Shown piece after piece: positions 1-14,285 of a stretch of 56,654 bases of DNA (position 1 is its first letter; each line of letters opens with the position of its first letter). The DNA is from Sarea resinae. Taxonomy: Eukaryota. Made by a program: the position numbers and the translations under genes. The stretch lies in assembly GCA_026026165.1 (NCBI GenBank), contig JAPEUD010000018.1, positions 310,001-366,654 on the forward strand, given 5' to 3'. The notes under the pieces are model-generated. The model was not told the origin of the DNA. It saw only the letters and a program-made list of their open reading frames with translations, and did no database searches.

Positions 1-546
1 CGCTGGGCTCGTACTGGATCTCTGCCATGGTCCGTGATATCGTTTGAGATAGCCGAGCGTTGGATGTGAGAGGCGATATGGTATACTGCGTCCGGGAGTT
101 GGAAAAGGAGTACAGCGGGATCGAGTCCGACGGCAGAGGTTCCAGCTTCTCTTAAGCTTCTGATCCTGGCTTCACGTTGAGAGATCATAGCCTTGTGCCC
201 TGGACTGGACGCGTCACTTGGTTTCATGATCCCCGGCTTCAGTCACGATCATTGCCGGCACAAACCCTGCCATTGCCAACTGCCGGGCTCTCTACAGCGG
301 GGGCACGAAATCAGGTTTGTTCCATGCCGTCGTGAGCATCGTTGACGACGTCTTGATGCAATCTCAATCAAAAACCTCATCCCCTCCAATCAAGAACGCC
401 GATAGGGAACACGTTGGGATTCCCGATAGATATGCAATTGATACATCATGAAAATATAGTTCTGCGATGCGGTATCATATCGACCCCTTGCCTTTGATAT
501 ATACACCTGTCGGCCGACTCCACATACATGCGTCCAGATCGACCAC

Positions 547-2822
547 CTAAACGGTGAAGCAGAGCCAAAAATACCACAAGAGAACCACCCACGCCACATA
601 CCAAATACTCCTCTTGGCCTCCACCGCCATCGCCCGGAGCCGTTGCAACGGCGTATGATGACGGAAAGAACGATTGCTTCCACCGGCACCAACAGATTCC
701 ATCGCGTTCCACGGCTCTAGCTCATCAATGTCCCCATTTCGGGGAGCAAAGTTGCCGACGACGTCGTTATTGGGGCCGCTTCGGCTCTGCGACGACGATA
801 CTGGTATACCGTACCCATTCATCGGACTGATACTGCGTGTCCGCGCGGTCGGCGTCCGAGCCGACAGCCCATTGTAGGAAGACGCCGACGAATTCGAGGA
901 ATGGGTCCCCTCCGACGACATGCGTGGCGATGACTTTCGCAGGCTATGGTATCTATCTTCGACCTTTTCGTTCTCGGCGGACGATGCCGCCGGGTTTGGT
1001 TTTCTGGCTGTGGTTGTAGTGGGGAGGAGAGTTTCATTTTCGGTAATGGAGGAAGAGGTGGATGAAGCGCCCCAATTGCAGTAGACGAGTAAGGCGGCTC
1101 TGATGACGAGAACAGTCACGGTGATGACAAGCAATACACCATAACGAATGAAGATGGCTAGCTGGTCTGGAAGCAAACAGAGGTGGGTTTCTATCGTTGG
1201 TGCTCCACCACCGGCTGCTCCGTGACCACCTCCCTGCGTGCCAATGGGAAGACCGGCGCCGTCCAGGGGATTCCAGAGGCTCAGTAGAAGAAAGCCGGGT
1301 TTCCTAACGCCCATAGCCCAAGAGATGGATTTGACGGTAATTTCTCTGATACCACCAGCCCCAGCGCCGCCACTTGAGGTATAGCCTCGATGGATCACTT
1401 CGCAGTAGTCGTGATCGTCACCGGAGAAGACGTAGCCCACGTTGCCGACTTTCTCGACCAATTGTTTGGATACTTCGGGCGTGAGAACATTCTGGTATTG
1501 GTAGCCCTGGCGGACGGCAATCGCGTTGGGTTCGTCATGCTCCAACGGTTGCGTCTGCCCATTCGGTGGCGGCGATGGTGGCCAATGCTCCCTCTGTGGC
1601 CCACATGGGGTGCCAGGTGCGCGATAAAGCGGTACATGGGTCAAGAGAACGGTAGGGAACTCGGGCATCCCTTGGCCTGGATCGAGGGAGGGCGGCTTTT
1701 TGAAATCCGTCGAGTTCACCTCCATCACGACCGGCTCGTAGAGCATGTGATCCAATTGACCGTTTTGTAATCTAATCTCCCTACTCATGGCCCGTCTCTT
1801 CATGCTTTGCGCGTCATTCAAGAATTCCTCCACTGGTTTCCATATCATGTCGTTTGCGCCGGGCACGTCTCCCAATCCTGATCCCTGACTAGCTGTCGCC
1901 GGATCAGCTTGGCCTTTGGCGCTCAAGGACACCGTATCCACCGACACAAAAGTATGGTTGCCAAGCACATCGATACGGTTTCCGTCCCCAAAATAAGCGT
2001 GAAATCGATTCCTCACCGGAAGCTGAATTCCCACACCTAATCCGAGATCATGGTTTCCGGGGAGGCCTGCCACAATTTTGCGACCTTGTTGTCCGGCATT
2101 CGGAACCATTCCGCCATCGCCCCAATGCTTAAAGAATATTTTTCCGAATCGATTGTATTCTCGCAGCCAGTAGTCCTCGCCGTAGTTTCGATATCGCTCT
2201 TCAGGACTGTGGCTACTATATGTCGCCCACTCCCTTCCCCCGTCGAATAGATCCCCCAAAAAGAAAAGTGTGTCAGGATGCAAGACCCGTTCCAGTACCG
2301 TGTATGATCGCCGAAGATAAGAGTCCGTGTGTCGGATGGTAAATGTAGAGAGGGGCCAGGGCCGGCCGGGGTAAGTATGAGGGTCGACGAGCTGAGGGTC
2401 GGCAATCAATGCCGTGCGATGCGGAGTAGATCCGCGAGGCTGAAGGATGCCGTCAGTGATTATCGAGTCGGCCTGTACCGGACAGCATAACGTACCCATC
2501 TTTCCCAAGAAGCCCACTCGCACTTCACAATACTATCCCTGAAAACTGAACGCTCTCCCCACCAGAGGACAGCCGCCCAGATGAGAATGAAGGCATTCAT
2601 CGCCGTCACGAAACGCCTTGGATTCCATCGCCATTGCGCCCGACGAAGCTGATGCGGGATTCGCGAAGCAGCTGTAGAGACCGTGTCGGAGCCGCCCAGC
2701 AGCTCGTACAGAGATTCCCTCATGCCATGTGGCAAGTGATCTAGAACTTGTTCCGTCACCGTCGGAGGCTCGACGAAGTGGTTGCGGTAAGACTGCGGTG
2801 CATCGCGAGAAAAGGATGTCAT
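547..2822 (-). CDS. CDC1: Cdc1-type Mn-dependent metallophosphoesterase (GPI-anchor remodelling), 2 exons
   Basis: Exon 1 2822-2496 (TM helix, then WGER...CEWASWERW), GT-AG intron 2495-2440, exon 2 2439-547. Motifs ADPQLVD, GDLFDGG, PGNHD, LLTHVPL, FSGDDHD and C-terminal TM segments match the Cdc1/MPPE1 family. Confidence 0.92.
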
Positions 2823-3479
2823 CCTGCGTACGGCCCATGGAAGACCTAGTCATGCATCGGAGATCTATGGCCAGATGCACATGTTTGTTGCGAGGGCGGC
2901 CGAAGGAGATGTTCGTGACACCAAACGCAGTGACCCTCGATGGCTTTCGATCTCTACTCCGGAGTAGATATTATTCCTCAGCTTAGGGGTCTCTAGTTCA
3001 CTCCGGAGTGAGTAGTACCTTCGTACTTTCGGTAGGTACTGAAGTATGCATGTCCTAGGTACCTACACAGTACCGTCCTAAGTGGCCGTCTTCGCTTCGA
3101 CATTGGCCGAGAGCGAACTAGCCTGGACCGGTGGCCGATGGACCCCAGAGTTCGTCGGACTGTACGCGTAACGTAATGTCTCTGCTCTGTCCTCACCTCT
3201 CGACCGCGACATCTACCGCGTACCTAGTCGACTCGTGCTACGTTTCTTTTCGGAGCTGGATGTAATCATGATCTCAATCATTATTTCAGGTATGCACGAG
3301 AATCATGTGAAGCGATTGCTCTGGTGAGAGCCGTTCCCGAGAAGCCAGAAGCCTTTGCCGCCACAAACCCAACCCCGCCATGCATGCATATGTACCGTGC
3401 TCCGTAGGAGCAGAAGCAACCGCGCGGACCAGACCCGGAGAGAACCTAGAGTACGATACAGGAAAGAGTAAAAAGACAA

Positions 3480-5456
3480 TCAGTGAGAGTGGTTGTGGCC
3501 GTGATCGCTATGATCGCCATCTTCGCTTCGCCCTGGAGCACAGCACTGGCTCCCATCTGCACAGTCTCCTCCACATTCGAGCAGACATGCGTTCGCCTTG
3601 ACGCTGCCTTCTCTGCTCGCATGTTTGCTGGCCGACTTGGACTGATGGCCATCGATCGAGAGATAACCCGGCGCGGCATCGATGCTGTTGCTAGGAGAGC
3701 CACTGGCGGTGTGATCATGCTCGCTATTGAGGCAGAATTCGGGTTGGATGGTAGACGAGCGGATACCGTAATCGTGAAGACAGGTCCGAATGGCTTGAGC
3801 GAGTTCCATATAGCGGGCGGACCCTTCGCCCTTGAAGTCGAACTCAACCTGAACATGCAGGGACGCGACAAGTTTGGTGTCACTGAGCTGCCAGACATGA
3901 AGATGATGACAGCTAAAGATACCAGGAAGCTCCTCGATATCTTCTTTGATGTCGTCAACGCTTATGCCAGCGGGGGCAGCTTGGAGTAGGATTCGAGATG
4001 CTGCTTTGCACAGGGGAATGGCGGATGCGAGAATGATGACGGTAATGACGAGTGAAATGAGAGGATCAGAGTAGAATCGCCACCAGTATGGAGTAAGCCA
4101 GATAATAAGAGCTGATCCAATGACACCAATATTTCCGAGTGCATCACCCATCACATGGAGAAAAACACCGCGCATGTTCAAATCATGATGAGAATGGCCG
4201 CCCGGACTGCTTTCCTCTTTAGGAGCGTTGTGCTTGTGACCGATATGCCATGAACCGTGCTTACTACCACGATTATGTGAGTGGTGTGAGTGGTGTGAGT
4301 GTGTGGACAGCATGCTTGCTCGCCGTAGTTTTGAGGCTGCGGTCTTCTTAGTGCTTCCGAGGAGAGGCGAGCCCTCTGTAGCTTCTATAGCTTCCTCATC
4401 TTGACTCTTAACAGATTCCTCACACTCAGATTCGGTCCCAGTAGCGGATTCGATATCCTCTAATCTACCAGCCGCGATGATCTCATTCCTCAAGCTCGCT
4501 GGGTGAATGTGAATGTCATCTACACTGGAGAAGCCTCGCGACCTTGAGGAACTCGTGTGCCGACGATGTCTGCGGCTACCATTTACACTTGCGGATGCGT
4601 ATGTAGGTGCGGGAGATGTGCCGGCAGCTGTTGAGTCGTCTTCGTCACTCCTCGAAAACCCGCGGGGTCTAGTCCTGTTCACCTTGACCGTTGACTCTCC
4701 TGATATATTTGTCCTGGGCCCACCTCCAATTCGATTCTGGGGTAGCACATCTGCGATATTCCCACTTTCGTCGGCGACTTGGCTATCCTCATCTGGGACT
4801 GAGAACGGTGTATGGTGACCCCGTCCCTCTTCGGCGGCGTGTAAAGAGTCATGGTCGTGAGTGTGACCGTCGCTTGCGCCGCCGTGGCTATGTCCGTGGT
4901 CGTGGAACAGGAAAAGTCCAAGAATATTGGATACTAGGCCGAAGCAGCCAACGATCAAAACGAGCCTTGGGTTTGAAACCGTTTGTGGCTCGACGAATCG
5001 TTGAATGGCCTCGAGGAAGATTGATAAGCACAGTGCTACCAGGAAAACGCCGTTGACCAGAGCGCCGAGTGTTTCGGCACGTTGCCACTATGTCCGTTAG
5101 TACAGCATGAAGAATGAGGAATGCAGATACCTCACGCCATAGGTGTATGTCTTCGAACTCGTTCGCTCGTTGGCAACTTTGACGGCCCATAACCCGACAC
5201 ACAAGGAAAGGACATCATTCAACTGAGTGGATCGTAAGTACACTGGACGACGTCGGCGCGCAAGAGGCTGGGACTGACCATATGAAAGGAATCGGCCACC
5301 AAGGCCAAGGAGTGAACGGCATATCCTGCGCGCAGGTCAGTAGAAGTCCGAAGCTGATATACGGCCTGACGACGTACCGACGATGAGTTCAAGTAAGAAG
5401 AATGCGGAGTCGATGGCTAGCAAGATGAGGATCCTCGACGACTTTGATAAGCCCAT
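3480..5456 (-). CDS. ZRC1: Cation diffusion facilitator zinc/cadmium transporter (Zrc1/Cot1-like), multi-exon
   Basis: Start MGLSKSSRILILLAIDSAFFLLELIV at 5456; HSLALVADSFH, YTYG and RAETLGALVNGVFL in short exons; His-rich loops; LNMRGVFLHVMGDALGN; HHLHVWQL and STIQPEF of the dimerisation domain; stop at 3480. Confidence 0.93.
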
Positions 5457-6139
5457 GACGAGAGATCCACGTCTCTCCTGCACATTGGCAGAGGAGACTT
5501 TCAGATACTCGGAGTTGTGGAGTTGTCGTAAGAAGGATCGAAATGATATGATGTCGAAGTTGGCGACCGTCGCGTTGTGAAGGTCCCGGTCATGGAACTG
5601 GGCTCGCCTGCTGTCGCCACTTTCCTGATAACGTAATCGATGGCAGTGGCCCGACCTACCTCAGCTGAGACTGGCGGCTGCACTACTACTCCGGAGTACT
5701 GTAGCCAATACTCTGATATTACGGATAGTGAAGTGATGAAGAGTGCTCAATGCCGCAATATGGATCGTGACGCTTTATTTGTTCTCAATCAAGAGTCCAA
5801 CTCCCTTGCGAGATGCATTGGTGCCTCCTCTCCATCTGGAGGACTGCAGTGGGCAAAATGTTGAGAACGGAGGTCGTTCTCCATGATCTGATTAGATGTC
5901 GAAGCTGCCAACCGATAGCCGAGCTACTTTGATCGCAACCCCAACAGCAATCACACGGGGCTTAGTGCAAATTGGAAGCCAGTGTAAGGTACTCCGGGGT
6001 ACGAATACTGCGTCGTACTACTTCAGTAAGTAAGGTAGGCCGCTTAGGGTTTCTATTACACGGTAAAGGATTCATTGATACGTTGAAGATAGGTACTGTA
6101 AAAGTCATTCGCAGCTGCATCCAATCCCATGATCTCATC

Positions 6140-7133
6140 CTATCTAGTATGCAGTGTGAACATTGGATTCTCCTCCATACGCCGATGGTTATCTCGAGTT
6201 TCCCTCCCAAATAGAGGCGACAGTATGCTCTGCGCCCAAGAAATTGACAATAACCTATCTAGCGCATGACTTCCAACAGCTCTCCGTCCATTATTTCGGA
6301 CATCTTTGACTATGTCAACTGTCACGAGAAGAACAAACATGACGATGGTGATCTGGGAGAAAGAGATCAGTCTTCGAAATATAGAACTATGGACGCAGAG
6401 TTGGGAGGCTACGCACTGCGGTCACGAGTAGGCCGATGAAGTTCAACTCCCATCCGCCTGCTAATACCTTGCCGCGAATGATGGCATTCTGTTGTCGCCA
6501 AGATCGATGCGCTCCCACTGAAGCGACAACCATTGCTGCAACGATGCATAAGCATCCAATCGGTTTCCCCATGGCATAGTAACCGAAGTTGCTCGGATTT
6601 GGCTTATGCTGAAGGCGAAGAAGCTGGGTTACCGTAACACCAGTGACAGTCAAAGCGAGTGATGTCCGCAGGTATCCTAGAAATGTGCGCTCGAGTGCTG
6701 CAATCATCTATTAGCTGAGATGATCAAGAATATCAACCAGGCCAATGGACTATGAGCTACAACTGGCCAGAATCGTTCGAGAGGGGCCACAAACTCCCTT
6801 GTGAAGAAAGGCGCCAGCTACAGCAACAAAGGAAGACATACCAAGATGGTCTCTGCAAGCAACATGTGGGACTGTCACCGATACCTGGCGTCTCCAGAAC
6901 CGGCGCATCCCCAATGTGTGACGATGCCACAGGTGCTGCAGTCCACCTCGCAGAACGCCATCGGAGCCTCCGTCATCTCTTGTCGTGATGGCAGGAATTT
7001 GTTCAAGATTGACGCATGGAATGGTGCGGAGTTCAGTATCCTCCAGCTCTCTTTCGCCGCGGGGCGATTCTGGTTGGGCATGGGGGCTCTCAGGCGGGAG
7101 GGTTGGTGAGATAACAGGCTCTGGATCTGGCAT
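6140..7133 (-). CDS. DUF202/YidH-like small membrane protein, 3 exons
   Basis: Splicing ORF 6750-7133 (CRDHL) to ORF 6387-6707 gives the family motif RDHLALERTFLGYLRTSLAL followed by TM helices. Third exon from ~6352; the 3' end is less certain. Confidence 0.8.
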
Positions 7134-7568
7134 CGCTTTGCAAGGCCATCAACGTAATGGCGAATGGGTCGCTGAGGGGCGGGATCATGTTTATAATTAT
7201 TGTGAAGACTCCGTCAGGGCGGCTGCTGTCAAGTATTCTTGGTAGCTCATCTGTGACGAGGGAATAATAGTGTCAAACGCTGATAGAGGAATGGTACCTT
7301 CCCGCAGTAGGCCTGCCATGCTATGCCCAAGTGAGCAACAAATGGAGAGGATGAACAGATGGGGTTTAGCGATGACGGCGAGCAACAACTTTAGTCCGAT
7401 GAGCGCCACCAGCTCCCGCAGATCGTCGAGGTCCTACTCGGAGTACATAGGGTAAGCAGGTAAAGTAGGTAATGGGAGGAATGACGACAATCTATTGCAT
7501 TGAGTCCAAGAATGCGAATTATTACTATTGCTGTCAGTCGTCAACAGCCCTCACGTTGATCAATCGAT

Positions 7569-8735
7569 ATGTTCGGATCAGAGCGGTTTCTCATTTGCAC
7601 TGCTTGTGGCACACAATTTGGGACGTCAGATCGGTCGTCACTTATCAATTGCAGAATATGTGATGTAAGGCCGCTAGCCACTCGCGGAAAAGAGTCGCTG
7701 TTGATGGTGATAGGATCCCCGACAATTTGTGCCTCCATCCGGGCAAAGCTTCACCGACTTATACGACATGACCCAGAAACATCATAATCGATGGGCACAA
7801 GATACAGTGGACAAACGAATATGGTCAATCTGGACAGAGCCAAAGGTCAGCCTGACATTATCGCAAAAGGAAAAATACGCTGAACAATATTGAAGTTCGC
7901 AATTGGGCAACGTGCAATGCTGCTCCAGACCAACAAAGGAAATATCCTTTGGGATCTGATCACACTGTTAGATTTCGAGACTGTCGAATTTGTTCGCTTG
8001 CCCCATTTTCGTAACCTAGCTCGGCCACTAAATGGCTTTAGGTTCGATCACTGGGAGGACTCAAAGCTATTGTCATTTCCCATCCGCATTACTACACTAC
8101 GCTCACTGAATGGAGTCAAATGTTTGAATGCCCGGTATATGTCTCTTTCGAAGACAAGGACTGGATCAGCAGGCCGGAAGCGATCACGTCCAACCGAACA
8201 AATATCAGATTCATCAAAGGCCCACTTGAACAAGTCCTGGATGGCGTGACAGCAATCAAGACCGGCGGGCATTTCGAAGGAAGCTTAGTGAGTCCGGTCT
8301 CTGCTTCAAGGACGGACTTGAAGATGACTAATCCAATCCAAATACGCCAGGTCCTCCACTGGGAAGATCAACTATTCATAGCTGATTCCCTTGTCACTGT
8401 TCCAGTAGGTTCCATACTCTTGACTCGCTTTGGATTTGCGAAATGGATGATTGAACTTCGGACAGTCAGGACTCTATCATGTTGCAAGACTTCCTGGGAC
8501 AACGAGTTACTCCTTCATGTGGTCTATACCAAACATGATCCCCCTACCGCCGTCAGCAATTCAGAAGATCTGGTCGGCCTTGCGCCCCTTCATTTTCAAC
8601 ACCACACATGGCTCCTTCTTAGGAATGGACGTGCGAGGAAGCAACGTCAAATGGCGAGTGCTAGAAAGCATGCAAATCCAGATTCGAAATGAGGGACATA
8701 CGGAGCACGAATTATTGAAAGAGTCATGGCAGTGA
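7569..8735 (+). CDS. Metallo-beta-lactamase-fold hydrolase, multi-exon
   Basis: N-terminal CTACGTQF...CRICDDPRQFV, FAIGQRAMLL, LWD, AIVISHPHYY, KTGGHFEGS and SYSFMWSIPNMIPLPP reconstructed across GT-AG introns. Confidence 0.85.
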
Positions 8736-9426
8736 GCCTGTAAGAATTGATTTACGGGAGATTTACTTTCGCCAGACTAACATAACGCTGCATCAGCCGT
8801 TGAACAGTAGTGGCATGACATGACACCAGTTTGGAGTCCTCATACGTCGATCTTGAACAAGCAAGAGTTCTTGATCCCTCGGCCCTCAGCTACTGGCCTC
8901 TGCGTATGGGCACGTTTACATACGGTCCAGAGCGAGCATGCGGCGTAGACATCTTTACGCTTCTGCAAAGTGACTGGCTTTCATCATTCTTCTGGCTAGA
9001 CCAAAGCCAATTGATAAATGTGGGGCTTACGTATCTCCAATCGGTATTTCATTCCAGATGGGGAGGGGCACGCAAGATCGGGACCCACGACGTTAGTACT
9101 CCGACCTTCCAGTTCGAGAGGGAACCCCACCTGCAATTGTCTGCACTCGCCTGCAGTCATAATAATAGTAAAGCGCGATCCGCTACTGCGCGGTATCTTG
9201 AAGGCGCGGTCCGAAGTCCCGAGACGCCATGCCGCTCGGAAACATGGTACTTTGTACACGGACATGTAAGTCGCGGCTGGTCCCGACCTCTGCTGATACC
9301 TCTTGTAGATCCATGCTGGAGAAGACCCGTTATGTATGACTTGTCGGGCACTCCGGCTTTCATCTCCTATGCTGCTGTTCACGTTCGAGCTCCTGTAGGG
9401 ACGACTGCTGTTAAGTCTTGACGGAG

Positions 9427-10994
9427 ATGGCAGACCCTGAAATCACCATCGAGCCGGAGGCCGAGTTGGAATCGCTGGTGCGTTCGCCTAATACCAATAC
9501 CTCCATCCACGAAGTAATTAATGCGGCAAATGGCGACAACATGAAACTTACAGGGCCTACTTTAGCATACCAGCGACACCGATTCTACGCGCGGCGATGA
9601 TTTGTGGGTCGAGTCCAGAACCGAAAGCTGTTGTTGCGCTCGATGACTGATTACCCAAAGATCAAGTTATACAACGTCAGTTTCATCCAGTATTCTTCGT
9701 TATCCGGTAGAAAATGGAAGGAGATATCACAAATATCAAGAAGGCTGTAAATGCATAATGTCCGAGAACGTAATCTTCTTGCTGATCCGTGTTTAGCATA
9801 TCCTTTGCCAAATGACGAGGTCAGAAAAAATCAAGAATATATATCCCGAATCTCCCATTAACCGAACTCAGAAAGAGAATGATCGACTTGACTTGATGCA
9901 CTACATGATAATGACGTTATTTGACGACAAGCTTCACGAAGCTCCTATCGGCGAGCACCCTCAAAGAATAATTGACGTGGGGACTGGGACGGGCATATGG
10001 GCTATAGAAATGGGCAAGTCTGTGATTTGATCCGACGAGGACGGTTAAACTGACCGACCTTCCAGGCGACAAGTATCCCTCAGCTCAAGTATGGCATAAT
10101 GCATTCCCGTTTTCCTGACGGCTTTGTGGCGACTGACGAACTGAATAGATCATTGGCAATGACCTTAGTGCTGAGCAGCCTAGAGAGTAAAAATGTCCGT
10201 CTTCAACAGGCCGAATGAAATTAATCCTAGCTTAGGGTCCCACCGAACGTCAAATTTGAGATTGATGACGTCGAACTCGAATGGACACATAATGAGCCTT
10301 TTGATTACATTCATTGTCGCTATATGTGTGCCTGCATAAAAAATTGGCCCAAGCTGGTTCGAACCTGTTACGAGTGAGTATTATGCGCGGCACTCTACTT
10401 ATGTCCAGTCACAATTGACCATATCCTCAGACACCTTAAGCCCGGCGGCTACGTCGAGTTCAAAGACTTCGATCTCCAATACTACTCCGAAGACAACACA
10501 TACACCGACGACCTTGCGTGCGCGAGATATATCAGTCTGATCCTCCAGGGAGCAAATATGACAGGAAAGGATCCCTGCCCAGGACGGAATCTGGAAAAGT
10601 GGGTTCGTGATGCCGGCTTCGAGGATGTTCACCATAAACTCGTCAAGGTCCCACTTGGGCCGTGGCCGGCAGATTCCAAACTGGTACGAATGATGTGAAT
10701 ACCATCTTCTTTGGCAGGGCTGACCTTCTGTTAGAAAACCGTTGGCTTGCTCAGTCGGACACAACGTCTCGAGGGACTCGAAGCTTTCGCGCTGGCCTTT
10801 CTAACTCGACAGCTCCATTGGGAGGTTGAGGAGGTGCAAATTCTAGTTGCGAAAGTACGTAAGGATTTCTTGAATCCGAGGATTCATGGTTTGTATGATC
10901 TGTAAGTCTCAATCTTCATATGTGCAATTTGGCGGTCAGGACTAATAGTACCAGCCATATGGTTTACGGTCGCAAGCCGGGGAAAGTAGCCTGA
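9427..10994 (+). CDS. SAM-dependent methyltransferase, LaeA-like/TAM family, intron-rich with micro-exons
   Basis: ENGRRYH, YPLPNDE, ENDRLDLMH, SAM motif IDVGTGTGIWAIEMG, GNDLS, VPPNVKFEIDD, FDYIHCR, LKPGGYVEF, PLGPWP, VYGRKP; stop 10992-10994. Confidence 0.9.
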
Positions 10995-11277
10995 TGAGGA
11001 TAATGTGGAAGCCGCTTCCACTGGAGGAAGTCGAAAATGTTTTTTGCCATTGGGTAGCATCTCGGCTTGTATCAAGATTGAGTCAAGAATAGCGCATATG
11101 CGAATCAAGGCGGAATCATCTAACGAAGACTAAACAATAATGCTTGAAAACCTAGATGCTACACTGAAGATGCCTGAAACTGATGGCATTGTGCATACTG
11201 ACAACTAGTCCAAACATGACAGGCCTATGGAAACTCTAATGCGTCTATGGCTCTCATATGAGGATCGCTCACTCGCA

Positions 11278-12837
11278 TCAAACAACAATTGTCTCGGAAG
11301 CCCCCTCCGCACCTGCAAGCAACCACGCCACGTTCTTCACTATAGCCTCATTGGACTTGCTAGCCGATGGCATCGAGAGAAATGCAGCAGCAAACCCGTG
11401 CGGTAGGCCAGCAAAGATGTTCATTCTCACCGGGACACTGAATTGGAAATATCAGTTGGCACGAATAGTACGAAAAGTAGTGATCTTGAACTAAGGAAAG
11501 GAGTGACTAGGAGTGGTCATACCCAGCTGCTTTCAGTCGTTCGGCATACGCAATCCCTTCGTCGCGGAGGAGGTCGGCGCCGGCAACTTGGACGTCTGGT
11601 TTTGAGTTCCTCTCAGTCAGAAAAGTCGAGCTTCCTTGGGGATGTAGCAGCCACACGGGACGGGTCATTCTTACGAGCTGGAGGGAGACCCGAGAGATCT
11701 TCTGCCAAGAGAGGAGAGCACAACGGATCGGCAGAATTGGAAGCGTTATACATGTCTGCAGAGTCGAACAGGTCAAACCAGAGTGCAGAGGTAGCTTCCG
11801 GGGAACACATGGACATACCCCAGAACTTAGACATGGCCGCTCTCGGCAGAACAGGGAGATCGCCACCGTTGTAGCCCTCGAGCTCGAACTTATTGGGAAG
11901 GTGACGGTAGTCGCATGTGACGGGATAGATGAGGAGCTGGCCACGAATCTTGGTGCTCATGCCCGCCATTTTGGCTTTGATGCAGAGGGCGGCGGCCTAG
12001 ATGATATGAAGTCTGCGCGTTATTGGAGCTCTGATTATTATGGGGAGTGTTTCATTGCGGTAATTGCAAAAGTGCTTACAAGATTCCCTCCGGCGCTGGA
12101 GCCGGCGACCAAAAATTTATCTGGGTCCGCTCCTAGACTTTTCGAATTTTTGAGAGCCTAAATATGGGACCTGGCTCAGACTTGTTTGGTTGCGCAAAAA
12201 GACTTCGACGGACGTACCCAAAGAAAGGCGTCGTAGCCGTCATTCAAGGGGGTTGGGAAAGGATGCTCGGGAGCTCTATGAGCAGTCAGCTCCAAGCTGT
12301 TGTGCAATCGGAGTTTTGCTTGTCTGGTACAATCTGTAATGGCTCGCCACAACAACAGCTCCGCATTCCTCGACGAGAGTGGCAATTACAACTTGGAAGG
12401 CAGTTCAGCAAAACACAACCTCAGATCATACGCCGTGAGCGACGTACTGGCTTCCGAATTCGCGTCGCCCAAGAACCACCCTAGGAAGCCGGAAACAATC
12501 AGCATCCATCCTTTGTGGGGAGGCTTTACAAGTTCAAGTTTGGCTCCAACGTACCTCCACCATGGAGGACTAAGACAAGCGGCGCATCACCGGTCGGCTT
12601 AACGCTGGGGCTGAAGATCACCACCTCGGTTTCCGCGCCGTCCGCCATGTCTATCATGCGCGTCTCAGTCACGACACCGTTCATCGGTGGCTTGGCCATT
12701 TTGTCAGCTTGTGCAACAACATTTCGGCCTTCGTTGATGGGGAGCGCGAGGATTTCGCTGAAATCCGCAACGCGCTTGCTCGCGGCGTAGTCGACCCATT
12801 CTTGAGCGAATGTTCCGTAGGAGGTATTCTTGCCCAT
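11278..12837 (-). CDS. Alpha/beta hydrolase, hormone-sensitive-lipase family esterase (Abhydrolase_3), multi-exon
   Basis: HGGG oxyanion motif, APEHPFP, nucleophile GSSAGGNL, QLLIYPV, AGADLLRDEG and LPHGF. Internal exon boundaries are approximate. Confidence 0.87.
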
Positions 12838-14285
12838 GGTGAGTGAGTCTTGGGAGGGAGAGATGTCCTTTGTTCTCGGGACTTTGGTAAAGTGTTTGTG
12901 AAGTCATATTTATAGTAGGGTAACTTTGTGGTTGGTAATCTCTCTCGAGCTTACAGTGGGAGGTGAGAAAACCAATAACATGTCCGGGGCATCCTTCCTC
13001 CCAGATCATTGTAGGTGGGGTCCAAGGTTTCCATCGGAGCGGATCTAATCCCCCGCATTTAATTTCCCGGACGGGCGACAACAAATCCGACTATGGGTAC
13101 CCGATAGGGTGGAAAATGTACCTGTACCCCGGAGTAGATAAGATCTCTCTAGATCTCCCGTTCACTTCGTCAAGAGTACCGAGTACGAAGTACTCCTACG
13201 GTACTGCAGTCACTGCGGTCGGTACTTCGTACCCTGTAATGGGGCTGCATCCCTCCAGCTCTCCCGAAACCCGAGCAGTCGGTGCCGAGGACAGAGCAGG
13301 AGACAGAGCGCGTACTTCAGTAGGATCCAATGTGCATCAAATCCATCCAGGCAAGCACCCAGGACATGATCACATGATCACAATTCGTCGATGAAGTCGA
13401 CCCCAACCAGACCATGTGACCTTGCCGAATTGGGCAATCAGGGCCAGGAGATTCGACCCAGCTTTTGCCTGCATCACGATCATCGATCGGTCCTCCTGGA
13501 TGATGGAGTGAGATTACGCACTCGATTGCCTCAGTTCTGACTACGGCTGTTTATCAGGGTAGATGAATCAATAGCCACTGTTTTCTCCTTCCACTCCTGT
13601 GGCTGCTTCATCTCACTTGATGTATTTTCTTTGTTGATCGCATCCCATCGCCCCTCACCAAGGACGAGAAGGACGAGAACGATGGATAGAAGTCAAGCGC
13701 CCCGATCTACCTTAGATTGCTGATCGCACCTAGTTCGGAATAACGTTATGGCGCAGTTCGTTGTCGTCATATCAGAGATGATAGACTTTGTGGGGTAAGA
13801 TCCTAGGCGTGAAACTATCGCAATTCGGACCTGCCACACCTGCTCGGAACGTCCAGCTGAGAGGCCGCCTCCAACATCAGTTGACCCCCTCCTGTTGGCG
13901 TCCCGGGTTCTGGCACTCGCCATACTCCAACATATCTTGCCATGGTTACAGGCCATCCGCTAGCTTTGTCCTCCCCTCCTCTCTATCAGCACTACGCGAT
14001 CCTCTCGGATATGATTGGCCTTGGCTTGCGACGAAAGGCTTTGAAGAGGCTCTTGTTTGTGGAAAGCTCACGCTTTCGCGACGTCAGTATCGCTGGTGAC
14101 GGAAGCTAGGCCAATCGGGACGATATGGCTGCGCGTGGGATACACATGTCAGCGCCATGGCGGGGAAAGAGAAGAAAGCCGCCCCCGCGAGCAGAGCTTT
14201 TAATGGCCGTCCATCCGCCGTGTATCTCAATTCCCATAAGCCTTTATCGTACTGGATAGCTTCCCAGCAGCTGCGCGACACAAGT

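Noticed and set aside
1..28. Possible minus-strand gene start (ACCATGG; MAEIQYEPS) running off the window
   Set aside because: Only nine codons are visible, too few to support a call.
8831..9421. 196-aa plus-strand ORF
   Set aside because: Non-ATG start, no recognisable motif, and it occupies the methyltransferase promoter; probably spurious.
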